From assembly GCA_001643675.2 (NCBI GenBank), contig LSRY02000006.1:248001-312000 (forward strand): a DNA stretch of 64,000 nt. The letters run 5' to 3'. Positions 1 to 14,519 of the stretch are shown here, piece by piece. Under the pieces are notes generated by a model. The model was not told the DNA's origin, did not search any database, and worked only from the letters and a program-made list of their open reading frames with translations. Each line of letters begins with the position of its first letter. Within the stretch, counting starts at the first letter, position 1. The position numbers were made by a program, and so were the translations under genes. Source of the stretch: Monocercomonoides exilis PA203 (lineage: Eukaryota > Protista > Preaxostyla).

Positions 1-3000
1 AACCACACTCCCTTCATCCCCCACAGCCTCCATCTTTCCATCAAGATGGATTGTCGATCGAGTCTTCTTCAGACTCTTCACATTCATATCCCCAATCACA
101 CACTCTCCCCCAATCGCCCCTTCTCCATCAATCAGAAGCATATTTACAATGCCTCTTTGAATGTGCTTCACAGCACTGTCAATGCTCAGGCAAGGATTGT
201 TCTGTGCCCCACATTGTCTGTCATCTCTTCCACTTGCAGAGACAAACACCTGCTGGCCATAATAGAATGTGATCAGAGGGATCAGATCAACATCATCCCT
301 TTCCTTGTCAGACCCACAGATGGAGTTGGAGGATTTCAGGGCATCCTGGCTGAGATCCAGCACAAACAATGTCTCGTTGATCTGTTCGGCAATCGACTCG
401 CATCTGATGAACACATCCTTCCCCACAAATGCCTCGTTGCCCCCAAACCTCACATTCTCCATCCTTATCCCAACAGGCCCGAATCCACTGGCTCCACCCT
501 CATTCGGGTCAAGTGCATCAACCATCACCCCTCCTCCTCTCCCCTTCACCCCCGAGCACGAGCACATCCCCAACGAGCATCCAACAACCCTCACTTCTGA
601 TTCTCCTCTCTTCAGGCACACTTTCATCCCTCCTCCTTCCTCGCTCATTTCACTCCTGCAGCTCGAAACCGAACACCCCTCCAACACACACTCCATTGCC
701 CTCGCAAATGAATCCACACTCAACACCCCTGCTCTGTTTTCTCCATTTGTGATGTTTGTGAACGAAGACCCATTCACTTTTATCACCACTTTTTCGTTGT
801 TTGAATGCCTGTTTTCTCCCCTGTTTAACCCTCTTTTGGCTTTTCATCCCATTCGTCTGCTCATCGTCAAACATCGATATCAGACTTCTCTCTTTCACCC
901 CAACATTCGAGATGTTCACATCCTCCACAATCACCTCCATTGTTGCCGCTGCACTGAAAGCGATGAACCCTTTCAATTTGTCAACCGCATCCAACGAACA
1001 TCCTTGAACAACAACTCTGCCTCCATTCACTTTCATCACACAAAATCCTGCATCTGCCATTCCATTCAATGAACCAAATGAGCAATCCACGACTGATAAA
1101 CAGATGTTTGCTCCTGATGATTCGATCAATATCTCATGATGGATGTTTGGATTTGGATTCGAGAATGACAAATTTTCCAGTGTCAGACTCACACAAGATG
1201 ATATTAATGAACCACCAATCAAATCATTCTCATCTTCATCACTGATTATCACTGCTGTGCCTTTCATTGTTCCTTCAATCACCACTTTTTGTGACTCTGA
1301 ATCTTGTGAAGCCGGTGGTGATGAAGAAAATGAAGAAAAATGATATGGAATGTTTCAATAATCCAGAATCCACAATGCTGATGTGGGATTCACCTTCATC
1401 AAGTGGTTCATATCTCAGTGATATCAAGTGGTCAATCGATGAACATGGTGCCTCAGAAAAGCCACATCCACTGAAGTCTCCTCCTCCATCTTTCGAAACA
1501 AACCCATTCCCACTCCAATTAGACCACAAATACACAACCAATGGAATCACATATCCCTCCTCTCCTGTTGTCTTCCTCTCCCATCCGCACAGCTCATCCA
1601 ATGATCCCAACTCCCCTTCACTCATCTCCCATTTGAAGTGCTCCTTGTTCACAATCTTGCTCAGAACCCATCCTGAAACAAACATGTTCTTCCCTTTCCA
1701 AGCATTGCATTGACTGAATATCATTCCTTCGAGCACAAATGATCCCATTTGTTCAGGCAGTTCGGCGAATACCGCTCCTCCTAATCCTCCTTTTTTCTCT
1801 GAACTATCCTCTGATGGAACTTCACATTCAGACAAATTCACATTTTTCATTTCCAAACTTCCTCCACTTCCAACTGATATCATCATCCCTCCTCCTTTCA
1901 TCTCACTTCCACCTGAGCAGATCGAGGACAAATTGCTTTCTTCAATATTCACACATCCACCTTCCTTCATCCCAACATTCAAACATCCCCCTCCTCCACT
2001 TCCACCTGCCACATTCACCTCCACTCCAATCACCCTGCTGTTCAAAATCTCCAATTCAACTCCACTTGTCATTGATATTGGAGATTTCTCATTCATTGTC
2101 ACTCCCCCTTCCATCACAAATCCATCAACAATCAGTTCTCCACCCTCAATGTTTATCACATTATATCCGATCTTTCCATCAGTCAATGCCCCACCCTCAA
2201 ACGAGACTGAACAGTTCGTCATGTTGATTGTTGATGTTGAGTGAATGAATGCACTTCTCCTTGAATTCAACTGATCTTTCACAACAAATGAAAGTCTGCT
2301 CATTGCCAGTGAACTCGAACATCCCACAAGCCAGTCTTGTGTGGCTGATCCTTCATCACTCACATTCACCTGCTTCCTCTCCCCTTCCTCTGATGATGAT
2401 GCTATTCTGCCTGAAATACTCACACCAAATAAAGAAATTTTAATTTCATCCCTTATTGACGAAGATGAGACAACCTCAATTTCATTTGAACTTTCACTCA
2501 ACCTTGAATTCGCACAATAATCAACTGTCAAACACCTGAATGCATCAAATCCACAATGGTTGTGATCCATCCCATTTCTGCCACTCCAATCAACAATCAC
2601 CTTTGTCCCCATTTTGCACAAATACACAAACAGCGGAATCACTCCGCTTTCATCCCCATTTTCACTCCCACTCAGCTTCAGCACATCTGATGGAATGGCG
2701 CTTGTGTCAAAGAATGCAAATGAGCTGGCATTCACTTTTGACTCCAAAAGCACACCACTCCCACAGCTCACAAACACATCCTTCCCATATTCTGCCACAT
2801 TCCCATTCACTTTCGAAAACTTCACATTCTGCCCAATTGTCAATCCACATCCCTCACTCTCCATCAGCACAAACATCCCTCCTCCTCTCCCTCCTCTCCC
2901 TCCATTCCCTCCATTATTCTCTGCCTTGCATCCATCGATGATGCAGGTTCCGTTTAATGTGCATTTGCTGCTTTCTTGGAGGAAAACACACAGACCGCCT

Positions 3001-5237
3001 CCGTTATTGCTTGAGGAGACATTTTCAAAATGACAGTCTTCAGCGATAATGCCGAACGAGAATGTTCCATGAGCTTCGATAACCCCTCCATTTCCCGATA
3101 TCCTTTGGATCAAAGAAAAGTTTGTGTTCACCATATTCAGAACTGAGCCAGGCTGATTCACATTGCATGCGATGAAACTGTCAGACAAGAAATTCATGCC
3201 AGCAATTCCGACTCCTGACAATTCCACATTCCCTGCGCATAAGCGCATGAAAGATGCTTGAAGCTGCAATGTGTTGTCAACCGATGATATTTCGCATTCG
3301 TCCATTGTCAACGATCCATCGCCATCCATCACCACAAAAGGCATGCTTTTCCCACTCTCTGCATTCGCTTGGAGCATTGTCACTTTCTGAACACTAAAGG
3401 CTCCGGATGAAACATGAAAGACAGACTCCAACGATGAAGAAGATTGCACAACACACTCATTCTTTGACAGTCCACAAACACTGAAATTGTTGGAAGCTAT
3501 TGATATTTGTTCTTCTTGGAACACACTTGGTCGCAGGATCAGAGTTTTGTTTGAATTGCTTGTTGTTCTCTCAAGTGAATATTTGATTGAACGGCACAAA
3601 GGTGCAAAACCACATTGTTCATAATCAATCCCCACTGAATAATCAGCTGTTATTTGGTGATTGTTTTCATAATCGCTCAGCCACGAACTCAGATCTGAAA
3701 TTTCAGTGCATTTGTAGTCTCCATCATCGCATCTTGTAATTCTTGGGGATTCACTTGAAGAGAAACAATCAGAAATGTTATTTTCCTCGATTTCCTTCCA
3801 CTGTTGATAATCCCATAAGTGAATATCATGCCCATATACGCTGTTTTCAGCTGTGTTATTATGGAAAAGGCAATATTTGATATTTATTGAAGGCATATCG
3901 GAAGTTTCTTCTTCAGAAAAAAGGATACAAGGAGCAAAGCCTTCGCTCCTGCAATTCTGCATCAAACAGTTTGATATCAATATCGATGTGCTTACGTGCC
4001 AGAAATATGTAACCGATGCGTACGAGCTTGAACTAGCATTATCAAAAAAGCAAGAAACTACATGACATGGATTGACTTTGCATGAAGCCCAATAAAAGCA
4101 AGTTTTGCTTTGAGATGAACAATTTGTAATAGAAGTTGCAAAAATTACTCCTGAATCAATATAATTTAGTTTAAATCCACCTGTTTCTCCTGGTGCTGAA
4201 CATTCGTTCACAATACATTTTTCAGAAACAAATTTTCCTGTAGATGAAAACATCGAAACAGCTCCCGTATCAGTTTTTGAAGAACATTGAATGAACAAAC
4301 AACTGTGCAAAATAATTGATGCATTTTTATTACCAAACAAAGCACCACCTGTTTCATCGCTTTGAACATTGAACGTGTCATCGTTAAACTCATTTTCTCC
4401 TTCTGAAAATGGTTGTCTTTCATGATAAGTTGTGTAGCATTTCAGAAATGAGGAATTATTGCAGCGAAAAGAGATCTTTGCTGGCGAAAGAATGCCTCCA
4501 GAATACGGACTCTCACAACCAATCATCATTGTGCTTTCCACCAAGACTCTTTCAGAACGTCCAATTCCTTTGTTGTATTTTCTCATTGTTTTTTGCAAAG
4601 TGATGTTTTGGAACAAAGCATCAGACACAGACACTGATGAAAGACAACTCGAAGAAAGAAATGGACCACTGCCAAAAACTTCAAATGAAGAAAACATCGA
4701 AGAAGACAAGCACAACTCGCTGCCATGAGGAAGAACATCCTTTGAATGATGAGCTATCAAAGACGATAATTGGCGATCCTGAACCACAAAACCGAAAGAG
4801 ATGTTTCTGAGAGATACTCGGCCTGCGAATGAATGAAGCAGATTTTTCGATTGCGGGATCGCATTGAACGAGCAACAGCAAATGTCCAATTGTGAATTCA
4901 GTTCGAGAGATGCAAAATGCCCCTCAGAATATAAGTTATAGGAAAGGGCAGATGAACAAATGGTGGAGTTTGTGAGAATCAAAAATGAGAGTTCATTTTT
5001 GATTTCCTCTTGTTTTCTCTTCTCGTGATTCGTTTGGCCAAAAGACAAGCCATGATCACCTGAATTCATAATTGTTGTTGCATGGTGGCAACAACCAATT
5101 CCCTCAAGGCTGTTTCCAAAAGCCACGAAAGAAAAGATAAGACACGATGAAATGAGCAGATTCATCGAATGCTGATTATGCACAACCAGATTATATGTCG
5201 GATCCGAATAGACATAATGATTTTTCTCCCGATTCAT
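1..5237 (-). pseudogene. Giant beta-helix-repeat receptor pseudokinase, copy A (5' part only; runs off the window start; two frameshifts)
   Basis: ORF 1275..5381 is colinear with ORF 16170..24107. Likely start is ATG 5237 (MNREK) or 5165 (MNLLISSCLIFSFV, signal-peptide-like). Relative to copy B there is one extra base in the homopolymer at 1336-1340 and another at 841-844, so the frame passes to ORF 650..1285 and then on past base 1. These could be real lesions or homopolymer sequencing errors. Confidence 0.8.
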
Positions 5238-6960
5238 TTTGATTTTCTTTGAAAGCGAAAAATCGAAAAGCAAGCAAAAACAAAAAACAATATCGAGCCA
5301 ATATTCATTGCAACATGAAGAATTTTTCAGAAAACAATAAAAGATGATTTTTTCACAATGGGAGCAATGATAATTTATCATTTGCTAAAATTTAAAAATA
5401 AAGAGAATTATTTTTCAAAGAAGAATCCAATTTCTTTTCTGTACAAGCCAAAAACAACTGATTTTTTCCCCGTTGCATGTTCCGAATGAATACCAATTGT
5501 TCATGAAAGGAACAATTTCCCCACACAGAATAATCTATTTTCTGCCTGGGAATATCAACACAAAAACTCCAATAATGACATTGTTCAAATTCAGAAATCG
5601 GTTTCCAACAGATCAATCCATTCAATAATTTATTTATTCGAAAAAGTTAAAGAAGAAGAAGTCAAAGAAGAAGAACAACCTTCAGAACTGAAAGGCTGAA
5701 CGATAGAATGAAAGAATATCAGAATAGTTGGGCAGATTCAAAAGCTGAATTTGTGATGAAAAATTTCTGAACAGAGTCAGTTTGCATTTTGAATGTTTTG
5801 ATAAAATCCACAAATTTCAAATGAATTCAAACAATGAGATGTTGAAAAATCTTTTTCTTTCTTTTTGTTTTGAATTGACCATTTGTTGTGATGAAAGTGT
5901 TGAAAACAAACCAAACAATGAAATTGCCAAAGAACAACAGCCAAAGCGATTGTCTGTGATTTCCAAAGTGAAGACCACTTCCTTTTGTGGATTGAGCATC
6001 TTTGTTGTTGCTGTCTGTTGCCTTTGGAGACTCCTGCATTCAGAAGCATTGAGAATGGAAATAATGCTCATCATTCTTTTTTTGAAACAAGCAAACCGAA
6101 ATGCCTCCAAAATTTTTTGAGTGCAAACAAAAGGAAACAAAGCAAGAATCAAAGTTGGAAATAGAAAATTACAGGACTTTGAACATTTCATCAAGGCATC
6201 CAAAGAAAGGGCGTTGTATTTATCTTTTTCTCAGAAAAATGCCTGTGTGTCTGAAATGCAATCAGCTTTGTTGCAGCAGCTCCAACACAAAGAATCCCAA
6301 TGGCTTTTTGGCGAGTTGATGTTGAATTATTGGAACAAGATGGTTGATGATCTTTTTTTGAAGAAAACACAACATCGTCTTCTGTGCGTCTCACATGCAG
6401 AAATGCATATTCCATCAATCCTTCTTTGTGAGGGTTTCTTTCGTCAGACAACAAAATGAATGCGTTGCTGTGATCTGTTTGGATTTGGAGAACAACGCTT
6501 TTCCCAAACATATTATTGTCTCATCAACCACTTGGGGATGATGAGAAGTGAGTTGTTTCAGAATAAGATGACATTTCACAAAGTGAAATCGGCAAAACCA
6601 AATGGATCGTATTATTTCATCATTGCATTGACTGTGCTGACATGATGGTGGTGCTTGATGTTTTCATGGGACTTTTGCTCGTTGCAATGGTTTGCTGAAT
6701 GCTCCAAATGTGAATAACAAACAACTGAGTGCATTTATTATTTGATTGATTTGTTTTGTTTTTTCAAAAGAATTTCAATTTGCATGCCTGGTTGCATTAT
6801 CATGTGTTATTTTGAATCGATTGTATTGGTGAGATTTTTTTTTCAGAATGACTTTTTTGGAAGAAACTGAGAAATTCATGGGTGTGCACTTCTTGAAAAG
6901 GAACAAATTTGGAGTCAATACTGAATATGGAAATGGATTTCGAACAACAGATTGTTGGAT
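1..6960. repeat. Inverted repeat 1, left arm (pairs with 14520..21470; continues beyond the window start)
   Basis: Bases 1-60 match the reverse complement of 21411-21470. Similarity continues through the coding region and ~1.7 kb of upstream DNA, ending near GATTTCGAACAACAGATTGTT (~6957 / ~14525). Confidence 0.95.
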
Positions 6961-7491
6961 AAAGAGTGAAAGGAAGATTATTATAGAAGTTAAAAATTGA
7001 AAACTATAATTTTTTCCCAAACATTTAAAAAAAGAAAAATATGTAAATTGTGATTAATGAAAAATACGAAAAAAAAAAACATTTTGATTATAAGTTTTCC
7101 ACTGGCTTGTGTGAAGATGTTGCTATGGCAAAAAAGAAAATGGGTTAGAAAAAAAGATCAAAATTTTACAAAAACTCTATTTTTGCCAATGAATGTGATC
7201 CGTTTTGGCTGGTAAGATCTTTTTATCATTGACGCATCGCTCATGATAATATTCGATATTGATTAAAGAATAATAATCATTCTTTTGCGAATGAAAAACT
7301 TTTAAAATAGAAAATATATGTTTTTTATCCAAAAACAAAAATATCAAATTTGAATTTTTTTGTTATAAAGAATTGATTATTGAAAATGTGATTCATAAAA
7401 AATAGTTCAATTTGCTTCTTCCTCAAGCCTCTATTTCAAATAAATATCCAATAAAAAAAGAAAGGATGGAAGAAAACAAAAAACTTTTCAT

Positions 7492-10400
7492 TTATCTTCT
7501 ACCAAAACGTTCCATATCAGCCTTTCTTGCTTCCTCTTCCAATTCATCCCAGTCTTTTCCTTCTTCCTCTTCTTCATCAGGTTCGAATTCACTTTCTTCT
7601 TCTTCATCGCTAACGTAATCACTTGAAAACTCATCGCTGTCATGCTCTGATGCATCGTCACTTCCTTCTTCATCTTCCTCATCTTCATCCTTAAAATAAT
7701 TGGTTTTTATATTTCATAAATTAAAAAGTTTTCAGAATTTTGTTGAAAAGGAAATTCACAAAAAAAAAATATAATCAAGCAAACCCCATTTTCAGAAGCG
7801 TTTGGATCATATTCACTTTCTTCTTCCACTTCTTTTTCTTCCTCTTCAGGATCAGGCTAAAAAGTGATTCAAATATTTTTGAAAAAAAATAGAATCATCA
7901 ATTAAAATACATATCGATATATCGAAACATTATCCAAACAAAAATATATTAGTTCAATCCATACCTCTAAGAAAGACCATCCACCTTCCTTTTCGAATCC
8001 CTCTGGATCGGCTCTGATGTCTGACAAAATCTTTACCCAGTTTAACGTTCTAACTCCTTCGTAATGAGGAATATGCAACGAATCCAACCATTTTTTGATC
8101 ATATCAATCTTCTTCATATCAATTGATTTCACAGACTGAGGATTACGCTTTAATGACTTAAATATAACGACCATATCGCAATTACGAAGTGAAAAGTCAA
8201 CACGCTCAAAGTAAATCAGCTGTATCTCATCTAAGAATATAACAGTGAAAGGGAATGTAACAAGCTCCACCAAGCAATGCTGAGTTGGCATATGAAATGC
8301 CATTTCCTTTTGAGACACGCCATGAAATCCCAACTTTGTCGAAGGGATATCAAACAATATCTGCTGGCTTCCACCAGTTGATGCAAGTGTTTCTGTATAT
8401 TGCTCTATACGTCTTGCAAAGTTCTTGAATGAATTGTTAATCCTCTTTTTCTGTTCCTGTTCTCTTCGTTCTTCTTCAATTTCATCTACATCATAGCTTC
8501 GCATTGACCTGGCATCTGCATTTTTAAGGAGTGATAATTAGTATATGTTAATAAAAATAAGAGAAAAGAAATATGTTAATAAATAGTTAAACTCCAACAA
8601 AATATTAATTCTGAATAGAAATATTTCTTTAAATTATAAACATTTTTTCAGATTTCTATTGTACAATAATAACATATCCATATTTTGATTATAGCATCCA
8701 CTCATAAACACACCTAAAGCTCTTGATTGCTCGACAACTTCGACATAAAACTGAACATCTCTTGTTTTCTTTTTGTTGACGATGATGTCATTCCACAGAT
8801 GAAAGTGTATCAGCACAATCAAATCATTATGCGCCAATTGAAGGAACGCTTGTCGAATATTACTGAATGGAAGTTGGATCTCATCCTAAAAAATATATTA
8901 ATATCACAAAAAATACATTTAGCAGAAACAAAAATTTTATGTTAAATTACAGAGGTAAATCATTTCAAATTTGTCAAGAATTAAAAAATTGCACAAACCC
9001 CCTTGTTTGTTATGTATCTCAGACCATTAATGTGGCATTCCAACCTTCCGACAGTGTTCTTTTTGAAAGAAGGACGCGAAAACAATCTATCGAGTCCTGG
9101 CAACTGTGTGTCTGAGCTCAAAATCAGCTTCTCCTGCTTTGCCAATGAGGATTTATCTCTATCTGCTCGCTCTTTTGCACGAGTCTCCTTCAGCATCGTC
9201 TTCACCTGCCGCTCAAGTTGGACAACCTCCGCTTTGTTAGCAGAGCGGTACACGATTTCAGCCAGGAATATCTTATCTGGATGCTGAACTGCGCCAGGCG
9301 ACACTGTTGCGCCGTCTCTCGCTGCCAGCGACAGTGTTGACTGCAACGTGCCTGACGTGTGTAGATTTATTCTCAGCGAGCTGAACAGATTTTCCTCAGC
9401 GTGCGAGACTGATTTGATTGTCGACATGTGAAGTGGAACTGGCACTCCGCAGATTGGCACAAACAACACTCCGTTGTCTCTGTCAATCGTTGCAGAAAGT
9501 TGTGGCCTGCTCAAATTTGGCTTGCCTCCTTTTTCCTGCATTCCTTGCAAGGTGCCAAGCACACCACCAGGAAGTGCAGATGCGATTGTCTGGCGAATAG
9601 TAGCGGGGATTGAATTGAACGCTTTGTAAGCCACAGGAATAGGCCTCTTCTCAATCTCCTTTAATATTTCGCTTCCTTTCAGAGAAGATGGAACAGAAGA
9701 AGAAGATGATGATGATGAAGCCTGGGGCTTTGTTGGTTCTCCCTGAAAATATTCAAAAATTTATCATTTAAAATATATAAAATTGAGAATAAGTTTTAAA
9801 CAAAGATACAAATTATCGTTTTTTTTAAAAAAGCAAGATCGTAAGAATAAATTCAAAAGTCAACCATCCTTTCTCATTCTTTTCAATTTCAAAATTATCC
9901 AATAAACTCTTTCTCTTTTCCAAATTTTTCATCTGACAAACTGCTGTAGCAAATGAGATATCCCTTGGCGCACGAGAAGCACTTCGTGTAAGGATGACAG
10001 GATCAGCTCCGTTTGCAGAAATTAAGATTGTGTCTGACAGTAGTAAAGAATACAACTTCTTCTCTTTTTTGTTTGCTGATGCGGCAGTCTCCAAATGTCT
10101 GAATACAACGCGCACAATGACACATTCAGATGGGCTTAACGGGAATGATTTTGCTGCTGAAGAAGAAGAAGAAGTAGCTGAAGCTGAAGCTGAAGAAGAT
10201 GCCGTTGAAAATGAAGGTAACTCTAATTTCCATTCCGGATCAATTGGCAGAATTCCGCTCTTCGATGTTGAGCACATTAAAAAATGCCACAGAATATTAA
10301 ATGCAAATAGAGAAAATAATGAAAATTGAATAAAAAAGCATTTTAAATAAAAGAATTATAGTCGAAAAAATAAAAATTCATTCAATTTCATTGATTTCTT

Positions 10401-12224
10401 TTTTTTATTAAAAAGGCGGTCAAAATATATTCAGCATACAAGGTATCCGATTTCTGGATCGACGTGCTTTCTGATCCATTCGTTTGCCTTCTTCTCCAAC
10501 TCTCCGTCATTTTCTTTTTCTTCTTGTTTATTCTCATTTCCGACAATTTGAAGTTCAATCAACGATTTCCTCAAAAATTGCTCCGCTTGCAGCCCAATTG
10601 AGGCAGTTGTCGATTCTTTGCTTCCTTCCCCTTCTCCTTCTGTCCTCAAAAGAGAAATAATGAAGTTCTCTGTTTTTAACAGCAATTTGTACAATTTCAT
10701 TTGTTCCTGACAAGTCATTTTGAAAAAATACAAATAAATAGCATTTTCGAATGATTGAATCATATGCAGTCAGATATTGAAAACAGCAAGAAAAGAGTTA
10801 TCATTTCTGGTATTTGACATCGACATTTCCTTTGCAAACCTCTGTGTTATTGATAAACAATGTACGACCAACATTCGTGCAATATCCTTTGTATCTAACA
10901 CCCAATTCGCTTCTCATGCATTGAAAAGTCAGCATCTCCTTGTTTGGTGCCTCTTCCTTTCTGTTTCAATTAAAAAGAAAGTTGCGATAAAAAAAGTGTT
11001 AGATGCTCATCAAACCTTATCTGATCGTTTCCAGATTTTATTTGTGGAGCATAGCACTCTTCCATCTTTTCTGTCTGAACTGCATCTAAGAATTGCACTT
11101 CTGCAGCATTTTTTTCGTCTTCGCTTATTTCCTTCTTCAACTGTTCCTTTAGAGGTTTTGGATCCTCAATTGCTGCAGAAATGGCTTGAGAGATATCTTC
11201 CTCACTTTTAGCTTTATCTTCATCCACCATATCAAGAAGAGAACGAGTTGCCACTCTGTCCATTACAAGCCATGACAAATGCCCAGAGTCAACAATGGTA
11301 TTCTAAAATTTTAAAATAATTTTTTTTCAAAGTTTTGTGTTTACAACATTTGATAATAAAAATTTTCAAAATTAATTATATCAAACTACTTCGTCCTCAT
11401 CTTTTGCACGTAACAAAGACAAGACTCCAGTTGCAATATTTACGCTTTGAGCTTTTTCAATTGATCCCATAGCCTTTTGCACGCGTTTTGCAAAAGCCTT
11501 CTTTGGAGCAAATGGAATTTCTCCAACTCTAACAGATTCACTCAAGCCCAATGAATCTATTTCTGCTTTCCAATATTCGTCAAATACTTGTTCAGCTGCC
11601 TCCGATTCTTTTGGATCCTTGTCTTTCCTTCCTTTTGATGATGGCATTGGAACACGTTTAACTTCAATCAAATTTTGTGCTGGATCTGCATTTTTCAATG
11701 GTTCTAATATATCGGCTATATATCATATTATTTTTATAATTCAATGGAACGCAACAATAGCAGCTTTTAATTCAACACGTTACGAAAAAGAAGTCAAACC
11801 TTTCTTTTCAGTGGCAAAAACAACAAGTTTGTCCTTTTTAATTGTGATCCACACATTTGGTAATTCATATCCAAAAATCCATATTTGAAGTACGTTAATT
11901 AAATGGTATGATTCATCCCCATCTGATGGAAAAAGATAATGAAATTAAAAAAAATATTCAAATATGAAGGAAGATAAAAACGAAAAAATTTATCATACCA
12001 AAAGGCGGAAGAGATATTATATCAGCATTTCCATATTGTTCAGAATTATCCTATTCGTTAAAATCAATATTATTTGAAGAATCAAAGCAAAATATTATTG
12101 TTTGCGGTTTTATTGAGAAGTTGTAAACTTTCCAATGCTGCAAAAATGTTCTAACATGATGCTCAAATATGTTTTTGTCAATTAGCACAGATGCCGAGCT
12201 TGTTGTAGCTGTTGGCGTTGACAT
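7492..12224 (-). CDS. SPT16: FACT complex subunit SPT16 (multi-exon, GT-AG introns)
   Basis: Spliced exons give IDKNIFEHHVRTFLQHWK, LQIWIFGYELP, LGVRYKGYCTNVGRT, VPLHMSTIKSVS, GRLECHINGLRY, LIHFHL..KKTRDVQFYVEV, FERVDFSLRNCDMV, LNWVKILSDIRADPEGFEKEGGWSFL and the acidic tail GKDWDELEEEARKAD. ATG at 12224, TAA at 7492-7494. Some internal exon boundaries are approximate. Confidence 0.96.
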
Positions 12225-12564
12225 GAAGAAAAAGAAATTTGAAGTTATTGATCTCAGCCATAATAAACATTTTTAACTTTCAAAATTCTTCGAATTATCT
12301 CATTTTTTTCCGAAGTCAATCTGGAATTAATAAATAGAAAACTTATAGCGCAATCTTCATTTTTATTTTTGGTAAATTTTTTGAAATATGATGTGTAAAC
12401 GGACAAACAGTTCAATAAATACTCTTAAACGAAAAAAGAATTGAGTAAATAGAGTACACTTTAAACTCTAACAAGAACGTTAATCTCTTATCATGACACA
12501 ATTCTCGCCATGAAGCAATAAAAATTCTCGATTGCATTGTTCGTTGACAAAATATTGCATTCTT

Positions 12565-13821
12565 TCAACTTGGATATTTTTTCTTTCTTGGAATAACCTC
12601 AATCATCCCATGATCAGCTCTTCTCGCAGCTTAATAATGTTTTCATAAAAGAATTTTAAAGAAATAGAAAATAAAATGATGCAAATAATGTCAATGTTAA
12701 ATGTATCAATGATAATTTTTCAACCTCCAACAGAAAGTGCACTTGCTATATTGTTTCTGATACAAGATGGGATTGCTCGAGAAGGAAGCTCAACAATAGC
12801 AAGGCTGATAAGTCATGAAAAGAAAATATGTTCGGAAAATTACCAATGGAACGATAAAAATAGCAAAATTCGTTTAAAGCCAAGAAAGAATAAAGCAAAG
12901 ATATTTTTATTTGAAAATTATTTTGTATGATAAAGAATGCAAAAGGAATTGCAAACAAATGCATTAAATCCAAAGGATTTTTCATTAGAAAAGGTAAATT
13001 CGCTCCAAAAGACAAAATTATCCCTTTGTTACGGGTAAGAATAATTAATTGTCGCAGATTAGAGATTAATTGCCTTCTGAATACAGAATTTGATAATGCA
13101 TTTCCATAGCAGATCTCAAAATGCAACCCTCGTTTCAAAGCTCCTCGAACATGAGGGATTCGTGGCCTGTATGTCCATTGAGATTCTGCGTCTAACTGAA
13201 TAATTTCAATTGGAAGCTTTAACATCAAATGAGTTAAAAAGAAATTGTTAAAATACATTTTAAAATTCAAACGTGAGTGCAAGCTGCTTTAAAAGTTGAT
13301 TCTGTTTTTGGAGCCACTGCTACAATGTCAAAAGTTCGTAAAAAACTATTTTCTGGCTTCTGAATTGACCAAGAACAATTAAGAGTCATGAAATATAAGA
13401 AATATAAAAATCACACAATCCGTGACATAGCCGTATCCAATTCTAAAACTATCGTAACTCTCCGAAATAGTCTAATTCTTCCAACAAAACTTCCTCCAAT
13501 TGAAGAAGAACTTCTTTTTTTCAAAAAAATTAATTGTTTTAATATTAAAAATACAAAACTGAATTGCATTTAAGGGAAACAAAAGCTCCTTCAGTCGTTG
13601 AAGATTAGGCTCTTGTGTTTTATATTGGTGGTGAGGTTTAAAGGAACCATCAACAACGTGATTTAATATTAAAGTCTTGTATCCTTCTGAAAAATCATTT
13701 ATTCAACAATTTTTAAAAAAAAAACGTTTTAAATAAATGGCAAACGATTAATTGAATTCTTTATAAGTTTGAGAAGCTGCTGTTCATCAGATGAACTTAA
13801 AATATTGGCTTCACAATACAT
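12565..13821 (-). CDS. RPP30: Ribonuclease P/MRP protein subunit p30 (RPP30/Rpp1), multi-exon
   Basis: Exons give MYCEANI, GYKTLILNHVV, RRVTIVLE, FDIVAVAPKTESTFKAA and ALKRGLHFEICYGNAL..RRQLISNLRQLIILTRNKGIILSFGA..MKNPLDLMHL, matching the RNase_P_p30 family pattern. Terminal exon ends in TGA at 12565-12567 (inferred splicing). Confidence 0.88.
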
Positions 13822-14519
13822 TTTTATTCTGTTTCTGAACCATAATAAAAAATTTCCAAGTTTGTTTTAAAAAAACTTATATGAATATTTGAAAAATTGA
13901 TTTTGAACAAAATTTTCCATTTAAATGAGGAAAATATCATTTTTATTAATTTCAAAAGTTAGAAAAAGACGGGTTTTTTAGACATTCAATGGAAAAATAA
14001 TATTACCTTTTTTATTCAAAAGACAAATTTTTGAAATGATAATTAATGAATTTGATTTCAACTTTTCAAAATATGTGTTCCGTTTTTTAAAGCTTAATTA
14101 TTTTTATTCTTTTTGAAAAATCTGAAATGAATTCAACAAAATTCAATTGATGAATCCACAAATCCAATTAACATACCTTGCAAAATAAAAATGAATTGTG
14201 AAAATCATAAATTAAGTGAAACAAAATCAAAAGAAAAGAAAGCAAACAACAAAAGATAGTGCTTTGATAAAAACACTCCTCTTCTTTTTCAGCAATGAAA
14301 CTAGATTTTGTTAAATTCTATAACACATATATAATTATAGCGCTTCAGCAACCGAAATCCCAATCTGATTCCACTTCTTTTCCATCCTCAGGACTATCTT
14401 GAATGAACATTGTTTTGTTGGCTTCAAGGTGCTTTCGTTCTTTTTACCTCTTTGTTGCTGAATAGATTCTATGTAGTGTTTTTCATTTTATCTTTCATTA
14501 CATCGTCTATTCACTTAAC

